Shown here: positions 60,103 through 64,000 of the stretch, one piece after another
How positions within the stretch are numbered: the stretch's first letter is position 1
How the letters are laid out: each line of letters begins with the position of its first letter
NCBI GenBank assembly: GCA_964016885.1
Contig: OZ024760.1
Span: forward strand, 23,684,001-23,748,000
Direction: 5' to 3'
Source: Eledone cirrhosa
Taxonomy: Eukaryota
Length of the DNA: 64,000 bases
The notes under the pieces: model-generated
Seen by the model: the letters and a program-made list of their open reading frames with translations, nothing else
The model's database searches: none
What the model was told of the DNA's origin: nothing
Program-made: the position numbers and the translations under genes

Positions 60103-60555
60103 TATACACATATGCATACAGGTACACATACATATATGCACGCATCAGTTTAGCCTACGTTTATTATAACGCCGGCCGCTTTGTTCGTTTGTTTGTTAAC
60201 AAAGCGAACAGCCTGAATTTATGCCATACGGTGTTAAGGCAACCACGTCACCTTTTTGTTCAACACTGACACAGGAACGATGTACTAGTTTCAAGCTTGT
60301 TAGCTATCATCAGCACCGTTTACCCATCTGCCAGATAGTTGAACGTTCGAAAGTATATACTTTCCTTATGAAAATTAACGGCTGAGCAGCCTAATTTGCA
60401 TATAGAGTGAGTTAAATCGGTCAGGCATACCGAAAACGATAAGTTGAAAAAAATGAAAACGAAATTTCATTTCTCACTCTTAGTATGGCACTTACTTAAA
60501 TGTAAGTATGTATGTATACGTACATACATATATGTATACAGACGTACAGTAGCAA

Positions 60556-60606
<51 letters not shown>

Positions 60607-61059
60607 TATACACATATGCATACAGGTACACATACATATATGCACGCATCAGTTTAGCCTACGTTTATTATAACGCCGGCCGCTTTGTTCGTTTGTTTGT
60701 TAACAAAGCGAACAGCCTGAATTTATGCCATACGGTGTTAAGGCAACCACGTCACCTTTTTGTTCAACACTGACACAGGAACGATGTACTAGTTTCAAGC
60801 TTGTTAGCTATCATCAGCACCGTTTACCCATCTGCCAGATAGTTGAACGTTCGAAAGTATATACTTTCCTTATGAAAATTAACGGCTGAGCAGCCTAATT
60901 TGCATATAGAGTGAGTTAAATCGGTCAGGCATACCGAAAACGATAAGTTGAAAAAAATGAAAACGAAATTTCATTTCTCACTCTTAGTATGGCACTTACT
61001 TAAATGTAAGTATGTATGTATACGTACATACATATATGTATACAGACGTACAGTAGCAA

Positions 61060-61112
<53 letters not shown>

Positions 61113-61565
61113 TATACACATATGCATACAGGTACACATACATATATGCACGCATCAGTTTAGCCTACGTTTATTATAACGCCGGCCGCTTTGTTCGTTT
61201 GTTTGTTAACAAAGCGAACAGCCTGAATTTATGCCATACGGTGTTAAGGCAACCACGTCACCTTTTTGTTCAACACTGACACAGGAACGATGTACTAGTT
61301 TCAAGCTTGTTAGCTATCATCAGCACCGTTTACCCATCTGCCAGATAGTTGAACGTTCGAAAGTATATACTTTCCTTATGAAAATTAACGGCTGAGCAGC
61401 CTAATTTGCATATAGAGTGAGTTAAATCGGTCAGGCATACCGAAAACGACAAGTTGAAAAAAATGAAAACGAAATTTCATTTCTCACTCTTAGTATGGCA
61501 CTTACTTAAATGTAAGTATGTATGTATACGTACATACATATATGTATACAGACGTACAGTAGCAA

Positions 61566-61614
<49 letters not shown>

Positions 61615-62067
61615 TATACACATATGCATACAGGTACACATACATATATGCACGCATCAGTTTAGCCTACGTTTATTATAACGCCGGCCGCTTTGTTCGT
61701 TTGTTTGTTAACAAAGCGAACAGCCTGAATTTATGCCATACGGTGTTAAGGCAACCACGTCACCTTTTTGTTCAACACTGACACAGGAACGATGTACTAG
61801 TTTCAAGCTTGTTAGCTATCATCAGCACCGTTTACCCATCTGCCAGATAGTTGAACGTTCGAAAGTATATACTTTCCTTATGAAAATTAACGGCTGAGCA
61901 GCCTAATTTGCATATAGAGTGAGTTAAATCGGTCAGGCATACCGAAAACGATAAGTTGAAAAAAATGAAAACGAAATTTCATTTCTCACTCTTAGTATGG
62001 CACTTACTTAAATGTAAGTATGTATGTATACGTACATACATATATGTATACAGACGTACAGTAGCAA

Positions 62068-62116
<49 letters not shown>

Positions 62117-62569
62117 TATACACATATGCATACAGGTACACATACATATATGCACGCATCAGTTTAGCCTACGTTTATTATAACGCCGGCCGCTTTGTTC
62201 GTTTGTTTGTTAACAAAGCGAACAGCCTGAATTTATGCCATACGGTGTTAAGGCAACCACGTCACCTTTTTGTTCAACACTGACACAGGAACGATGTACT
62301 AGTTTCAAGCTTGTTAGCTATCATCAGCACCGTTTACCCATCTGCCAGATAGTTGAACGTTCGAAAGTATATACTTTCCTTATGAAAATTAACGGCTGAG
62401 CAGCCTAATTTGCATATAGAGTGAGTTAAATCGGTCAGGCATACCGAAAACGATAAGTTGAAAAAAATGAAAACGAAATTTCATTTCTCACTCTTAGTAT
62501 GGCACTTACTTAAATGTAAGTATGTATGTATACGTACATACATATATGTATACAGACGTACAGTAGCAA

Positions 62570-62620
<51 letters not shown>

Positions 62621-63073
62621 TATACACATATGCATACAGGTACACATACATATATGCACGCATCAGTTTAGCCTACGTTTATTATAACGCCGGCCGCTTT
62701 GTTCGTTTGTTTGTTAACAAAGCGAACAGCCTGAATTTATGCCATACGGTGTTAAGGCAACCACGTCACCTTTTTGTTCAACACTGACACAGGAACGATG
62801 TACTAGTTTCAAGCTTGTTAGCTATCATCAGCACCGTTTACCCATCTGCCAGATAGTTGAACGTTCGAAAGTATATACTTTCCTTATGAAAATTAACGGC
62901 TGAGCAGCCTAATTTGCATATAGAGTGAGTTAAATCGGTCAGGCATACCGAAAACGATAAGTTGAAAAAAATGAAAACGAAATTTCATTTCTCACTCTTA
63001 GTATGGCACTTACTTAAATGTAAGTATGTATGTATACGTACATACATATATGTATACAGACGTACAGTAGCAA

Positions 63074-63122
<49 letters not shown>

Positions 63123-63531
63123 TATACACATATGCATACAGGTACACATACATATATGCACGCATCAGTTTAGCCTACGTTTATTATAACGCCGGCCGCT
63201 TTGTTCGTTTGTTTGTTAACAAAGCGAACAGCCTGAATTTATGCCATACGGTGTTAAGGCAACCACGTCACCTTTTTGTTCAACACTGACACAGGAACGA
63301 TGTACTAGTTTCAAGCTTGTTAGCTATCATCAGCACCGTTTACCCATCTGCCAGATAGTTGAACGTTCGAAAGTATATACTTTCCTTATGAAAATTATAA
63401 CACCGTATGGCATAAATTCAGGCTGTTCGCTTTGTTAACAAACAAACGAACAAAGCGGCCGGCGTTATAATAAACGTAGGCTAAACTGATGCGTGCATAT
63501 ATGTATGTGTACCTGTATGCATATGTGTATA

Positions 63532-63584
<53 letters not shown>

Positions 63585-63789
63585 TTGCTACTGTACGTCT
63601 GTATACATATATGTATGTACGTATACATACATACTTACATTTAAATATATATATATATCTATATATTATATTTATACATTTATATATACATATATATATA
63701 TATTTATATATGTATATATATATAATATATATATAATATATATATATATATAGATAGATAGAGAGAGAGGGGGGTATTGAAACATAGCC

Positions 63790-63817
63790 AGGTAGATAGA
63801 TGTTTAGGTAGATAGAA

Positions 63818-63864
<47 letters not shown>

Positions 63865-63892
63865 GAGACAGACAGATAGATAGATAGATAAT

Positions 63893-63932
<40 letters not shown>

Positions 63933-63992
63933 CAGATAGACAGATAGATAGACAGATAGACAGACAGACAGATAGATAGATAGATAGATATA
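63790..63992. repeat. (GATA)n/(GACA)n microsatellite
   Basis: Direct reading. Confidence 0.95.
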
Positions 63993-64000
63993 TTTATCCT

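Larger units (their letters stand above)
58930..63644 (-). mobile_element. Hammerhead-bearing ~502-506-bp tandem array (~8.9 units, 58930-63397) with inverted 247-bp segment (63398-63644)
   Basis: Unit registers 58935, 59440, 59942, 60444, 60948, 61454, 61956, 62458, 62962; differences almost confined to the internal (AT)n; possible TSD TAAATATATAT. Confidence 0.95.

Noticed and set aside
58930-63397. CRISPR-like interpretation of the arrays
   Set aside because: Whole units are identical; there are no unique spacers and no cas genes

Overview
AT-rich, microsatellite-saturated eukaryotic DNA with no host protein-coding gene I can support; nearly all listed ORFs are simple-repeat artefacts. 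The dominant tRNA-derived SINE resembles octopus/cephalopod SINEs (recalled, not searched). The window also holds RTE and CRE-like LINE 3' fragments, hAT and piggyBac-type MITEs and a non-autonomous Helitron. The main result is an abundance of minimal type I hammerhead ribozymes (HHRs; CTGANGA...GAAA with a palindromic stem III) in Penelope-like (PLE) head-to-head insertions sitting in (AT)n tracts. Two young tandem arrays (469-bp unit at 49539-51864; ~502-bp unit at 58930-63644) each carry one HHR per unit. Most of their sequence does not align by eye, yet they share a covarying extended stem I, a three-way-junction module and an octamer-like dyad. They also break at the same points: the 5' end at TAATTTTCATA joined to an inverted copy, and the 3' end at TTAT|CGT joined to (AT)n. 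They look like two members of one ORF-less, retrozyme-like family mobilised by PLE machinery. All structures were paired by eye and no searches were run.
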